Shown: positions 20,248 to 28,521 of the stretch, piece after piece
How positions within the stretch are numbered: the first letter of the stretch is position 1
Layout of the letters: every line of letters begins with the position of its first letter
Notes under the pieces: model-generated
What the model saw: only the letters and a program-made list of their open reading frames with translations
The model's database searches: none
Told to the model about the DNA's origin: nothing
Assembly (NCBI GenBank): GCA_029880545.1
Contig: JAOUOD010000003.1
Coordinates: 79,222-143,221, forward strand
Reading direction: 5' to 3'
DNA: 64,000 nucleotides
Source of the DNA: Gammaproteobacteria bacterium
GTDB taxonomy: Bacteria > Pseudomonadota > Gammaproteobacteria > Acidiferrobacterales > SZUA-150
Position numbers and translations under genes: made by a program

Positions 20248-21969
20248 ATGTCCGCATCACTGAAAATTGCTGTTGGCCAGTATTCTGACAAGGGCCGAAA
20301 GCCGGTAAACCAGGATTTCCATGGTGTTACCATACCGGCGGAACCGTTGCTGGCGGCGAAGGGTATTGGTATTGCCATAGCCGATGGTATCAGCAGCAGT
20401 GAAGTCAGCCAGGAGGCAAGCCAGACCGCGGTGAAGGGATTTTTTGCGGATTATTACAGTACGCCGGAGTCCTGGTCCGTGAAATCGTCGGCACAGCGGG
20501 TGTTGTTTGCAACGAACTCCTGGCTTTATTCGCAGACGCGGAACGGACCGTATCGGTACGATATCAACCGTGGATATGTCTGCACATTCAGCGCATTGGT
20601 ATTCAAGTCCAGGGCGGTGCATGTCTTTCATATCGGCGATGCGCGGATCTACCGGGTTAGTAACAATCGCCTCGAACCACTGACAGATGACCACCGCCTG
20701 CAGGTATCCCCGGAGCAAAGTTATTTGTCCAGGGCGCTGGGTATGCGCGATCGTGTTGATATAGACTATTCGTCACTGGATGTTGAGACCGGGGATACAT
20801 TTATCCTGGCGACGGACGGGGTGTATGAATATGTTTCCGAATCGTTTGTTATTGAACAATTGCGGTGTCGGCCGGACAACCTCGACCTGGCTGCGCGACA
20901 GATAGCAGAAGAGGCGCTGCGAAAAGGCAGCAAGGATAACCTGACCATACAGGTTGCGCGCGTTGATCAATTGCCTGACCCGGGAATTAATGAACTTCAC
21001 AAGCAGGTGTCAGCGCAACCGTTTGCCCCGGAACTTCGACCGAGGATGCAGTTTGATGGCTACGAAATTGCGCGCGAGCTGCACAGCAATCACCGCAGCC
21101 ATGTATACCTGGCGACGGACACGGAAACCGGGGAGCGGGTCGCGCTCAAAGTGCCTTCCGTGAGCCTGAGAGCCGATCCATTCTTTCTCGAGAGTTTCCT
21201 GATGGAAGAGTGGGTTGCCCGGCGTGTTGAAAATGCCCATGTGCTGAAGCCGTGCAAGCTTACGAGAAAACGAAACTACTTGTACAGTGTAACCGAGTAT
21301 ATAGAAGGCTGTACGCTGGCACAGTGGATGAGGGACAATCCACAACCTGATGTGGAGCTGGTCAGGGGTATTGTCGAACAGATTGTACGTGGACTACAGG
21401 CGCTGCACAGGCAGGAAATGCTGCACCAGGATCTGCGCCCGGACAATATTATGATCGACCGCTCCGGTACCGTAAAATTAATTGATTTCGGATCAGTGCG
21501 GGTTGCCGGCGTTGCGGAAATCGCCATGACAACGGAGCGGCAACATATACTTGGTACTGCCCAGTACACGGCGCCGGAATATTTCCTGGGAGAGCCGGGT
21601 ACGTTCCGGTCGGACCTGTTCTCCCTTGGCGTAATTGCCTACCAGATGCTGTCAGGCCGGTTACCCTATGGTGCGGCGGTGGCCAGGGCTGCCAGCCGTA
21701 CGGCGCAACGCAAGCTGGCGTATCAGCCCATAGCAGGCGCAGACCACGGCATACCCGCCTGGATAGACGGCGCACTACGCAAGGCGGTCAGTATCGATCC
21801 CCTGACCCGGCATGATGTGCTGTCGGAGTTTGTACATGATTTGCGTCACCCCAATCCCCGATACCTGAGACAGGAACGCGCGCCGTTACTGGAACGAAAC
21901 CCGGTGTTGTTCTGGCAGGGTGTGTCTTTGTGCCTTGCCTTGATGGTTATCTACCAGGTTGTTTCATGA
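20248..21969 (+). CDS. Bifunctional PP2C-type phosphatase / Hanks-type Ser/Thr protein kinase with a C-terminal TM anchor
   Basis: N-terminal PP2C region: GIAIADGISSS...HIGDARIY...ILATDGVYE...DNLTIQVARV. C-terminal kinase region: VALKVP, HQDLRPDNIMI, DFGSV, YTAPE. A terminal hydrophobic helix follows (VLFWQGVSLCLALMVIYQVV). Confidence 0.85.
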   Translation: MSASLKIAVGQYSDKGRKPVNQDFHGVTIPAEPLLAAKGIGIAIADGISSSEVSQEASQTAVKGFFADYYSTPESWSVKSSAQRVLFATNSWLYSQTRNGPYRYDINRGYVCTFSALVFKSRAVHVFHIGDARIYRVSNNRLEPLTDDHRLQVSPEQSYLSRALGMRDRVDIDYSSLDVETGDTFILATDGVYEYVSESFVIEQLRCRPDNLDLAARQIAEEALRKGSKDNLTIQVARVDQLPDPGINELHKQVSAQPFAPELRPRMQFDGYEIARELHSNHRSHVYLATDTETGERVALKVPSVSLRADPFFLESFLMEEWVARRVENAHVLKPCKLTRKRNYLYSVTEYIEGCTLAQWMRDNPQPDVELVRGIVEQIVRGLQALHRQEMLHQDLRPDNIMIDRSGTVKLIDFGSVRVAGVAEIAMTTERQHILGTAQYTAPEYFLGEPGTFRSDLFSLGVIAYQMLSGRLPYGAAVARAASRTAQRKLAYQPIAGADHGIPAWIDGALRKAVSIDPLTRHDVLSEFVHDLRHPNPRYLRQERAPLLERNPVLFWQGVSLCLALMVIYQVVS

Positions 21970-22012
21970 TGGCTTGCGTTTAATGCAACCGAAAGTTGTG
22001 GCGTTCCCGTTC

Positions 22013-23740
22013 TTACCTGGTCAATTGCAACCTGTTATTGCGATCCAGTCTTCCATGGTACCGGTAGTTGACGGGGTTCGATAACTCAACCTCGTTTCGA
22101 CCGGTCTGCTGATTAATATTGTGAAGGTCCGTATGATCACCAAGAATTGTGCCATGATGATCGGTGATACGATGATCAAGTACGGGAGATACCGTTTTTT
22201 GCTTCTCAACGTAAGCGATAATTTCCTGGGGGCCTATCTTTCCGGTTTTTCTAACATCAATGGCGTCGGGGCTGTTTCTGAAAAACATATTGAATTCCGC
22301 CAATGAATATTGCCTGGCGTCATGGATGATTTCTGTCCCGACTTTCATGGAAACAATGCGTTCCGGGTGCGGCCTGCCAAAATCAACGGCGATTTCGATA
22401 CCCGAGAAGCGCCACATGTAACCACCGATTTGTTGCAGGGGATCTGCGGATATGACGTTATCTATGGCGTCCTCAAACATTCGCCTCAGATCAGCACCGG
22501 TAAAACTCATGAGATATACTGGTGATTCTGTCGGTACAAGGTTATAGATATCCTCCACGGTAATGTTTCCCGGAAGTACGGATGCGCCGTATCGACCGGG
22601 TTGGGCGATACTGACATCCTGCATTGTGCGGGCGCGCAAGGCATCGGTGATCAGGTTGTCCGCCGTACTTTGCCAGGTGCCGCTTCGATAGAGCAGCGTC
22701 GTGGTTTCGGCGATCACGCGCTGGAGTTCCTTCTCGTAGGGTTCGCGTATCGCATGAATCATTCCTGCTATTTCCGGGTCTTCCCGTACAGAGTCGGCCA
22801 GGACAGGGAACAGGGTCTGGTGGAACGCCGTTACGCGTTTGTCGCGCACTTCCAGGTCAAGTTGTCCCAGGTATTTTCCGTGGGAGCCGCTTTGCACAAT
22901 GATAACACTTCGATTTGACCTGCTGTTGAATACCAGGGTCGGCTTGTATAGCGTGTCGTGTGTGTGAGCACCGACAATGACATCAATGCCAGCCACCAGT
23001 TCAGCGTACCTGGTATCGGCCTTCCAGCCCATATGGGACAGCATAATCACGATGTCAACATCTTCGTCGTTGCGCAACCTGTCTATGTCATCCTGGATCT
23101 CGCTGACACGCAGCCCGAAACTCCACTGGGGGTGGTCGGTAACCCTGGCCATCCAGTGATAGGTCATGCCGATGATCCCGACTTTCAGGCCGTTGACAGT
23201 GCGAACGACGTAGGGCGATGTATTGGGGATAGCCGCTCGCTCACCCCAGTGCTGGTCGTAGATGTTGGCTATCAAAATCGGGAAGTTGGCAGCCGAATGC
23301 AGGCGGTGGATGGTTTCTTCATTGTAAAAGAAATCCACGTTGCCAGGAACCATGGCGTCGTAGCCCATGGCGTTCATCACCTCCACGACCGGGGTACCGG
23401 CAAGTCGAACTGGTATAACCGTGCCATGCCAGGTATCACCGCTGTCTACAAGCAGCGTCCTGTCCGGAAACTGTTTTCGCTGGCGTTTTACCAGCGTCGC
23501 GATGTGGGCAAATCCGCCGGCGCGTCCCTGGGTCCTGGCGCGATCGACAAACAGGTTATCACCTTCTTCCCGGTGGTACAGGGGGCTCAGGTAGCCATGG
23601 GTATCGTTTGTCCAGAGAATGCGTAGATGGGGTTCCGGTATCATGTGTGTGCAGGCAACTTGACCAAGAGTGGTCAGCCCAAGTATGAGAATACGCAGCG
23701 ATTTATCATCCAAGGAAAATTTCATGAATATTGGCACCAT
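22013..23740 (-). CDS. Exported UshA-like metallophosphoesterase / 5'-nucleotidase-family protein (non-canonical active site)
   Basis: 575 aa with an N-terminal hydrophobic signal-like segment. Calcineurin-fold motifs are WTNDTHGYL, DSGDTWHGT, GYDAMVPGNVDFF, LSHMG and GAHTHD, followed by a 5'-nucleotidase C-terminal-type domain. The GNHEF motif is GNVDF here. Confidence 0.85.
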   Translation of the reverse strand: MVPIFMKFSLDDKSLRILILGLTTLGQVACTHMIPEPHLRILWTNDTHGYLSPLYHREEGDNLFVDRARTQGRAGGFAHIATLVKRQRKQFPDRTLLVDSGDTWHGTVIPVRLAGTPVVEVMNAMGYDAMVPGNVDFFYNEETIHRLHSAANFPILIANIYDQHWGERAAIPNTSPYVVRTVNGLKVGIIGMTYHWMARVTDHPQWSFGLRVSEIQDDIDRLRNDEDVDIVIMLSHMGWKADTRYAELVAGIDVIVGAHTHDTLYKPTLVFNSRSNRSVIIVQSGSHGKYLGQLDLEVRDKRVTAFHQTLFPVLADSVREDPEIAGMIHAIREPYEKELQRVIAETTTLLYRSGTWQSTADNLITDALRARTMQDVSIAQPGRYGASVLPGNITVEDIYNLVPTESPVYLMSFTGADLRRMFEDAIDNVISADPLQQIGGYMWRFSGIEIAVDFGRPHPERIVSMKVGTEIIHDARQYSLAEFNMFFRNSPDAIDVRKTGKIGPQEIIAYVEKQKTVSPVLDHRITDHHGTILGDHTDLHNINQQTGRNEVELSNPVNYRYHGRLDRNNRLQLTR

Positions 23741-23880
23741 ATTTCACGCCACAATAATTCCAGTGCGCGGCGGAAAACTGTCGATAACTCGTGTTGTTAT
23801 ACAGTAAAAAAATTACACAGGAGCGGCAGATTGGCGTGGTGCTGCTCCTGTGCGAAGAACATGAAGCAAGCCAATAACAC

Positions 23881-24315
23881 TCAGGGATGAACCAGCATGT
23901 AACCCTGGCTTGATAGTTCAAGCATACGGATTACGCCGCCTTCAACAACCTGAACGTTGTCATTAAGTACGGGCTTCTTTCCCGTTTTCTTTGCCATCTT
24001 CCTGATGGTCTTGTCGCATGCACTTATTGTGACCCCGCTTGTTTTCAGGCTTTGCACCCGTTCGGCGTTGGCGTTGTCCTTGAGTGCGAGCTTCAGACCG
24101 GGACCGAAGGCAACGATTTCTACATCAATTTTGTCCATGCCATAGTGTTTTTTAAGGTTGCTGGCAATGTTGAGCACCATAGCCTGTTTCTCGGGGCTGC
24201 CATCGCTTATCTGTAGCATGACCTTGTTTGTTGCCGAGAACGCCGGTGAGCCGAACATAGCCATTACTGAGAACAGCATGATAGCTTTCGTGATTGTTTT
24301 CATGGTCATCTCCAT
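23881..24315 (-). CDS. Exported DsrE/DsrF-like family protein (COG1416-like)
   Basis: 144 aa with a signal peptide (AIMLFSVMAMFGSPAFSA). The DsrE-fold pattern is VMLQISDGSPEK...VEIVAFGPGLKL...ISACDKTIRKM with a single conserved Cys. The start is ambiguous among ATGs at 24315, 24309 and 24303. Confidence 0.65.
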   Translation of the reverse strand: MEMTMKTITKAIMLFSVMAMFGSPAFSATNKVMLQISDGSPEKQAMVLNIASNLKKHYGMDKIDVEIVAFGPGLKLALKDNANAERVQSLKTSGVTISACDKTIRKMAKKTGKKPVLNDNVQVVEGGVIRMLELSSQGYMLVHP

Positions 24316-24397
24316 ACTCCTTGTTGATTTGTCGTAAAAAACACGGTGAACGTCGCACTAAATATCTCCAAAATTCCTGTCGGGCACATTACCGGAA

Positions 24398-24982
24398 TCA
24401 CGGTTTTTGCCGGTTCTGCTTGCCGGGGATGATGACGCAGCGCTGTGCGGCATGTTTTGTATGTACCTGTTTATCTGGATGGGCACCGGCAGGTGTAACG
24501 GCAGCCCGAAGCAGGTTAATGAGATCAGGTCGTTCTTCGGCCGTAGCGCGCATTAACGCGGAGCAGCCGCTGTAATCAAGGCTGTAAATATTGGCGCCGG
24601 CGGACAGTAGTGCCTGGAGAATATCCCTGGGTGCCGTCAACGCCAGGTGCAGCGGCGTCGTGCCCGCGTTGTCGGCAATATTTGGCGACGCCCCGGCTGC
24701 GAGTAATGCCTGGATTGCGTTGGCATTCTGGTTGCGCACAGCATAAAGCAGCGCGGTACGGCCATGGATATCCCGTTGATTGATAAATTCCAGGCGCACC
24801 TGGCTGGCAGGCGCGTCCCGGGAAAGCAATGTCCTGAGCCGCTCGGTATCATTGCTTTGTGCCGCGGCATGCAAGGGGTAGGTATCGATCCTTTTTGCCG
24901 GGGCGGACGGAGATGCGGAGAAAATCAACACGGACAGCGCCAGCGTAACGATTAACTCCGGGTTTCGGTTGCGCGGTGTCAT
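24398..24982 (-). CDS. Exported ankyrin-repeat protein
   Basis: Start trimmed to the internal ATG at 24982 (MTPRNRNPELIVTLALSVLIFSASPSAPA, a signal peptide). Then come 3-4 ankyrin repeats (HGRTALLYAVRNQNANAIQALLAAGASPNIADNAGTTPLHLAL...). Confidence 0.8.
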   Translation of the reverse strand: MTPRNRNPELIVTLALSVLIFSASPSAPAKRIDTYPLHAAAQSNDTERLRTLLSRDAPASQVRLEFINQRDIHGRTALLYAVRNQNANAIQALLAAGASPNIADNAGTTPLHLALTAPRDILQALLSAGANIYSLDYSGCSALMRATAEERPDLINLLRAAVTPAGAHPDKQVHTKHAAQRCVIIPGKQNRQKP

Positions 24983-25181
24983 GGTGTGGCTCCCTGTGCC
25001 GATCCTTGCAATGGCCAAAGTCTGGCAACACGACGTCGGAATATCCCCGCGAAAGGCCGACGGGAACACAACGAAAAACAAACGGGAAAATTAATACTTA
25101 AAAACAGGAGCTTGTGTCAGCGCAATTCATACGCTGAACCGGAAGCAGTCTCCATGGGCGCGCCCAGGATGGTGAAGCAGG

Positions 25182-26852
25182 TCAGTCGGGAACCCCGGCC
25201 TCGCGCAGGTCCGACAGCAGCCGCTGGACGATATCGGGGCGCGAAAAAGGCAGGTTGTCGGAGATCGCGCGCAGGTTGATACCCGGGGTCAGCAGAACCA
25301 GTTCGGAGACAATCCAGCGGGAATCATCGAGCCTGTGCTGGTGCAAGTAGGACGACGCCAGCAGGATCTTGATCATGTAATGGTTGGGATTCCTGGAGTG
25401 CGCGGTTTCCAGTACCTCTACTGCCTTGTCATATTTTTTCTGCGTGTAATAGGCGATGGCATAGGCAACCAGGTATTCAAAAGAATAGTGGGGATTGAGG
25501 CTGATCGCCTTGTCGTTCAACCTGATCGCTTCCGCTGCCTGGCCGCGATGGCTCTTGATTAATGCCAGCAAACCGTAGCCATCGGCGTAGTTCGGAGCAA
25601 TTTCTATGGATGTTGTCGCCGCCAGTTCGGCTTCATGAAATTCCCGTCGCGCAAGGTGCGCAAAGCCCAGGGCCCAGTGCGTCTGTGGTGTTGAATCATC
25701 CAGCTCAACGGCTTTCCTTGCCAGGATTAACGCGCGGTCGAGTGTTTCCATCGGTGTATCTGTCCAGCCATGGCGGTACCGGGCAACCAGGGCCACGGAA
25801 AGTGCTCCGTGGGCCCGGCCATAACCCGGATCCAGCTCAAGCGCCTTATAGTAGGCATCAATGGCCTGTTCAGTTGATTCGGCAGTCAGGATCTTGTACT
25901 GGCGCTGCCCCTCCATAAAATGGTCGTAAGCCGCCAGGTTGGCGGTGGATTTCCGGGCGAGGCGCTGTTTTTCCTTGCGCGTGAGTTTTACTGCCAGTGC
26001 GCTGACAATATTTCTTGTTACGTTATCCTGAACCGAAAAATACTCGTCTATCTTGCGGTCGTATCGCTCGGCCCACATGTTGAAACCGGTAGAAGTATCG
26101 ATAAGCTGGGCGTTGATCCGCAAATTTCCGCCTTGCTTTTGTATACTGCCCTTTAGAACAAAGCGTACGTTCAGATCCGCGCCCACGCTTTTTGGCAGTA
26201 CCATCTCATCCTTGTAGCGGAACGCGGTGTTGTTACCCAGTACCCTCAGGTTGGCCATGCGTGACAGGTCAGTGATTATGTCCTCGGTAATGCCGTCGGC
26301 AAGCGCCTCACCTTTCGGGTCATTGTTCAGGCTGACAAACGGAAGAACAATAATAGAGGGCACGTTTGACTCGGAATGGGTACCCGTTGTTCCGAACCAG
26401 GACAAGGTCAACGCCAGTCCTGCCGCCAGGGCGATGCCGAGAAGGGCAGGTGTCATTGATACCCGGATTTTGTACCAGGCCGTGGGTTCGCGTATGGATG
26501 GACCCGATCGGCTTTCGCGCTGAAGATCCATTTGCACGGGGGCGATGAGCTGGTAGCCTTTCTTGGGAACGGTGACAATATATTGAGGCTGTCTGGCATT
26601 ATCCTGGAGCGCTTTCCTCAGCTTGATAACAGTGTTGGTGACAGCATCGTATCCTATCAGGGCGCCATGCCAGACATCGTGCTCAAGGGTTTCGCGTGAT
26701 ATCACTGATCCGGGATTGCCGGCGAGATACACCAGTACTTCCATGGCCTTGGGTTCCAGTCGTTCCGTGATCCCGTTCCGTGTTACCAGGCCTTCGGCAG
26801 GCGAAACGTCCCAGTCCCCGATCCGGAATACGTTGTTTATACTGTTATTCAT
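25182..26852 (-). CDS. Membrane-anchored winged-helix (OmpR/CadC-type) transcriptional regulator with TolB-like and TPR domains
   Basis: 556 aa. The N-terminal DNA-binding domain has RLEPKAMEVLVYLAGNPGSVISRETL...TVPKKGYQL. One TM helix follows (ALLGIALAAGLALTLSWF), then a region IVLPFVSLNNDPKGEALADGITEDIITDLSR, then several TPR repeats. Confidence 0.8.
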   Translation of the reverse strand: MNNSINNVFRIGDWDVSPAEGLVTRNGITERLEPKAMEVLVYLAGNPGSVISRETLEHDVWHGALIGYDAVTNTVIKLRKALQDNARQPQYIVTVPKKGYQLIAPVQMDLQRESRSGPSIREPTAWYKIRVSMTPALLGIALAAGLALTLSWFGTTGTHSESNVPSIIVLPFVSLNNDPKGEALADGITEDIITDLSRMANLRVLGNNTAFRYKDEMVLPKSVGADLNVRFVLKGSIQKQGGNLRINAQLIDTSTGFNMWAERYDRKIDEYFSVQDNVTRNIVSALAVKLTRKEKQRLARKSTANLAAYDHFMEGQRQYKILTAESTEQAIDAYYKALELDPGYGRAHGALSVALVARYRHGWTDTPMETLDRALILARKAVELDDSTPQTHWALGFAHLARREFHEAELAATTSIEIAPNYADGYGLLALIKSHRGQAAEAIRLNDKAISLNPHYSFEYLVAYAIAYYTQKKYDKAVEVLETAHSRNPNHYMIKILLASSYLHQHRLDDSRWIVSELVLLTPGINLRAISDNLPFSRPDIVQRLLSDLREAGVPD

Positions 26853-27243
26853 GACTGTCCACCATCCCGACTGACTCTGTAGTCAGTAATCGCTTGATAT
26901 ATTCTGTCCTGATGAAGCAGGTACGATTTTCACGGTATGAGTAGGTTAATGAACTAACCCTTATTAGTTGGTACCATTATTTGATAATTATAGTACCATA
27001 CTTTTCACAGCATGTTTTATTCCGGAAACGTCATGTTTCATGGCGTTTTTTCATTTATCGTACTGCCAGGTTGCTCTGGTGCAGAAGGAATCGACAGGAC
27101 ACCGGTTCGTTAGACAGCAGCGCTGAATGGTGTGCGCAGAATGCCGAGCAGGATATCAGTGTGCGCTTGACGGAGCCCGGTTGCCTGGCATGTCCGCATA
27201 ATTATGGCACAATGACAGTGCGGCCAACATTGGAGGATAGGCC

Positions 27244-28293
27244 ATGAAATCAGTTATCAAAGCCATATCGGCTGTAATCGTTGTAAGTGTATTCGCTATA
27301 TCCGGATCATTGTCGGCGGCTGGTTTCAAAGACGGCGAAATAAAGCGGATTCATTACCCGCAGTGGTTTGTCAATGACCCGTTCTATGATCTGCAGGGTG
27401 CCACAGCGCAGGCGCAGGCATCCGGAAAACACGGAATCATGGTGCTGTTTACCACGCAGGGGTGTTCATATTGCAGTGTATTTATCAAGGTAAGCCTGGG
27501 GAACCCGGAAATCGCCGCCGAGGTTAAAAAGCACTTTGTGCCCGTGGGCATGGAAATTTTTGATGACGTCGATATGATCAGCCCGGCAGGAAATTCCTTG
27601 CCTATCAAAACCTGGGCCGGGGAGCAAGGCGTAGAGTTTTCGCCGACACTGCTGTTTTTTGATGATCAAGGGGAGCGTGCATTGCGGGTAATCGGTTACC
27701 AGTCTCCCGAGCGGTTCAGGGCGATCATGAAATACGTCACGCAGAAGCGGTATGCGAAAGAAACACTGGCGCAATATTTTGCAGCCCAGGCAAAACCAAA
27801 GCCGGCTGCTGCTGGTGCAGAGCTGAAACATGACCCGATGTTCATCAGCCCGCCCTACAACCTGGACGACCGGAAGAAAATTGAACTGCCCCTTATGATC
27901 CTGCTTGAGGAGCCCGGCTGCGATCAATGTGACAACTTCCACGATACCGTGCTGGCTGACGAGGAGGTTCGTGGCAGGCTTTCGCGGTTCGAAGTTGCCA
28001 GGCTGAATGTAACTGATGACCACTCTGTCGTGGTGACGCCGGAAGGCAGGAAAACCACCGCTGCAAAGTGGTACAAACAAACCGGTTTCAGCCGGGTACC
28101 GGCACTGCTGTTTTATAACGAGATCAACCGGGAGGTTTTGAGCACGGACGCCCTGGTCCAGAAAAACCGAATGCTTAACGCCGTGGATTTTGTTCTTCAG
28201 CGTGCCTATGAAAAGAACTGGACATACCAGATGTTCGCCAGGTCGCAATCACTGGAGCGGGCAAGGAAGCGTGCCGAGGGGCAGAACAAATGA
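27244..28293 (+). CDS. Exported protein with two thioredoxin-fold domains, each carrying a CxxC motif
   Basis: 349 aa with a signal peptide (AVIVVSVFAISGSLSAAG). Domain 1: VLFTTQGCSYCSVF. Domain 2: ILLEEPGCDQCDNFH. Both have the Trx-like context, including the cis-Pro-type S/VP(T/A)LLF motif. Confidence 0.7.
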   Translation: MKSVIKAISAVIVVSVFAISGSLSAAGFKDGEIKRIHYPQWFVNDPFYDLQGATAQAQASGKHGIMVLFTTQGCSYCSVFIKVSLGNPEIAAEVKKHFVPVGMEIFDDVDMISPAGNSLPIKTWAGEQGVEFSPTLLFFDDQGERALRVIGYQSPERFRAIMKYVTQKRYAKETLAQYFAAQAKPKPAAAGAELKHDPMFISPPYNLDDRKKIELPLMILLEEPGCDQCDNFHDTVLADEEVRGRLSRFEVARLNVTDDHSVVVTPEGRKTTAAKWYKQTGFSRVPALLFYNEINREVLSTDALVQKNRMLNAVDFVLQRAYEKNWTYQMFARSQSLERARKRAEGQNK

Positions 28294-28521
28294 TCGATTA
28301 ATGCAAGGGAACCGGCCGCGCAAAAAGGAATTTACTTTGAATCCCGACGCCGGAACCGGGAACCAGGAAACGACGGCACAAGTTCTGTCAAACAGGAATG
28401 ATGTGGCTGAACCTGTTCGATTTCCTGTTGGATGTGTTAAATATTTAAAGTTGGTATCAGGGCCTGTCCCTGGCCAATACTCCAGGTCAAGGAAAAGCGG
28501 TGGCTCCTGGCCTGAAGACAA

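Noticed and set aside
22013-23740. Possibility that the UshA-like protein is SoxB (thiosulfohydrolase)
   Set aside because: It belongs to the same superfamily, and the organism is a likely sulfur oxidiser. Against that, there is no twin-arginine signal and no neighbouring soxXAYZ genes. The best motif-level resemblance I can recall is to UshA itself. I cannot support a SoxB call without a phylogeny.
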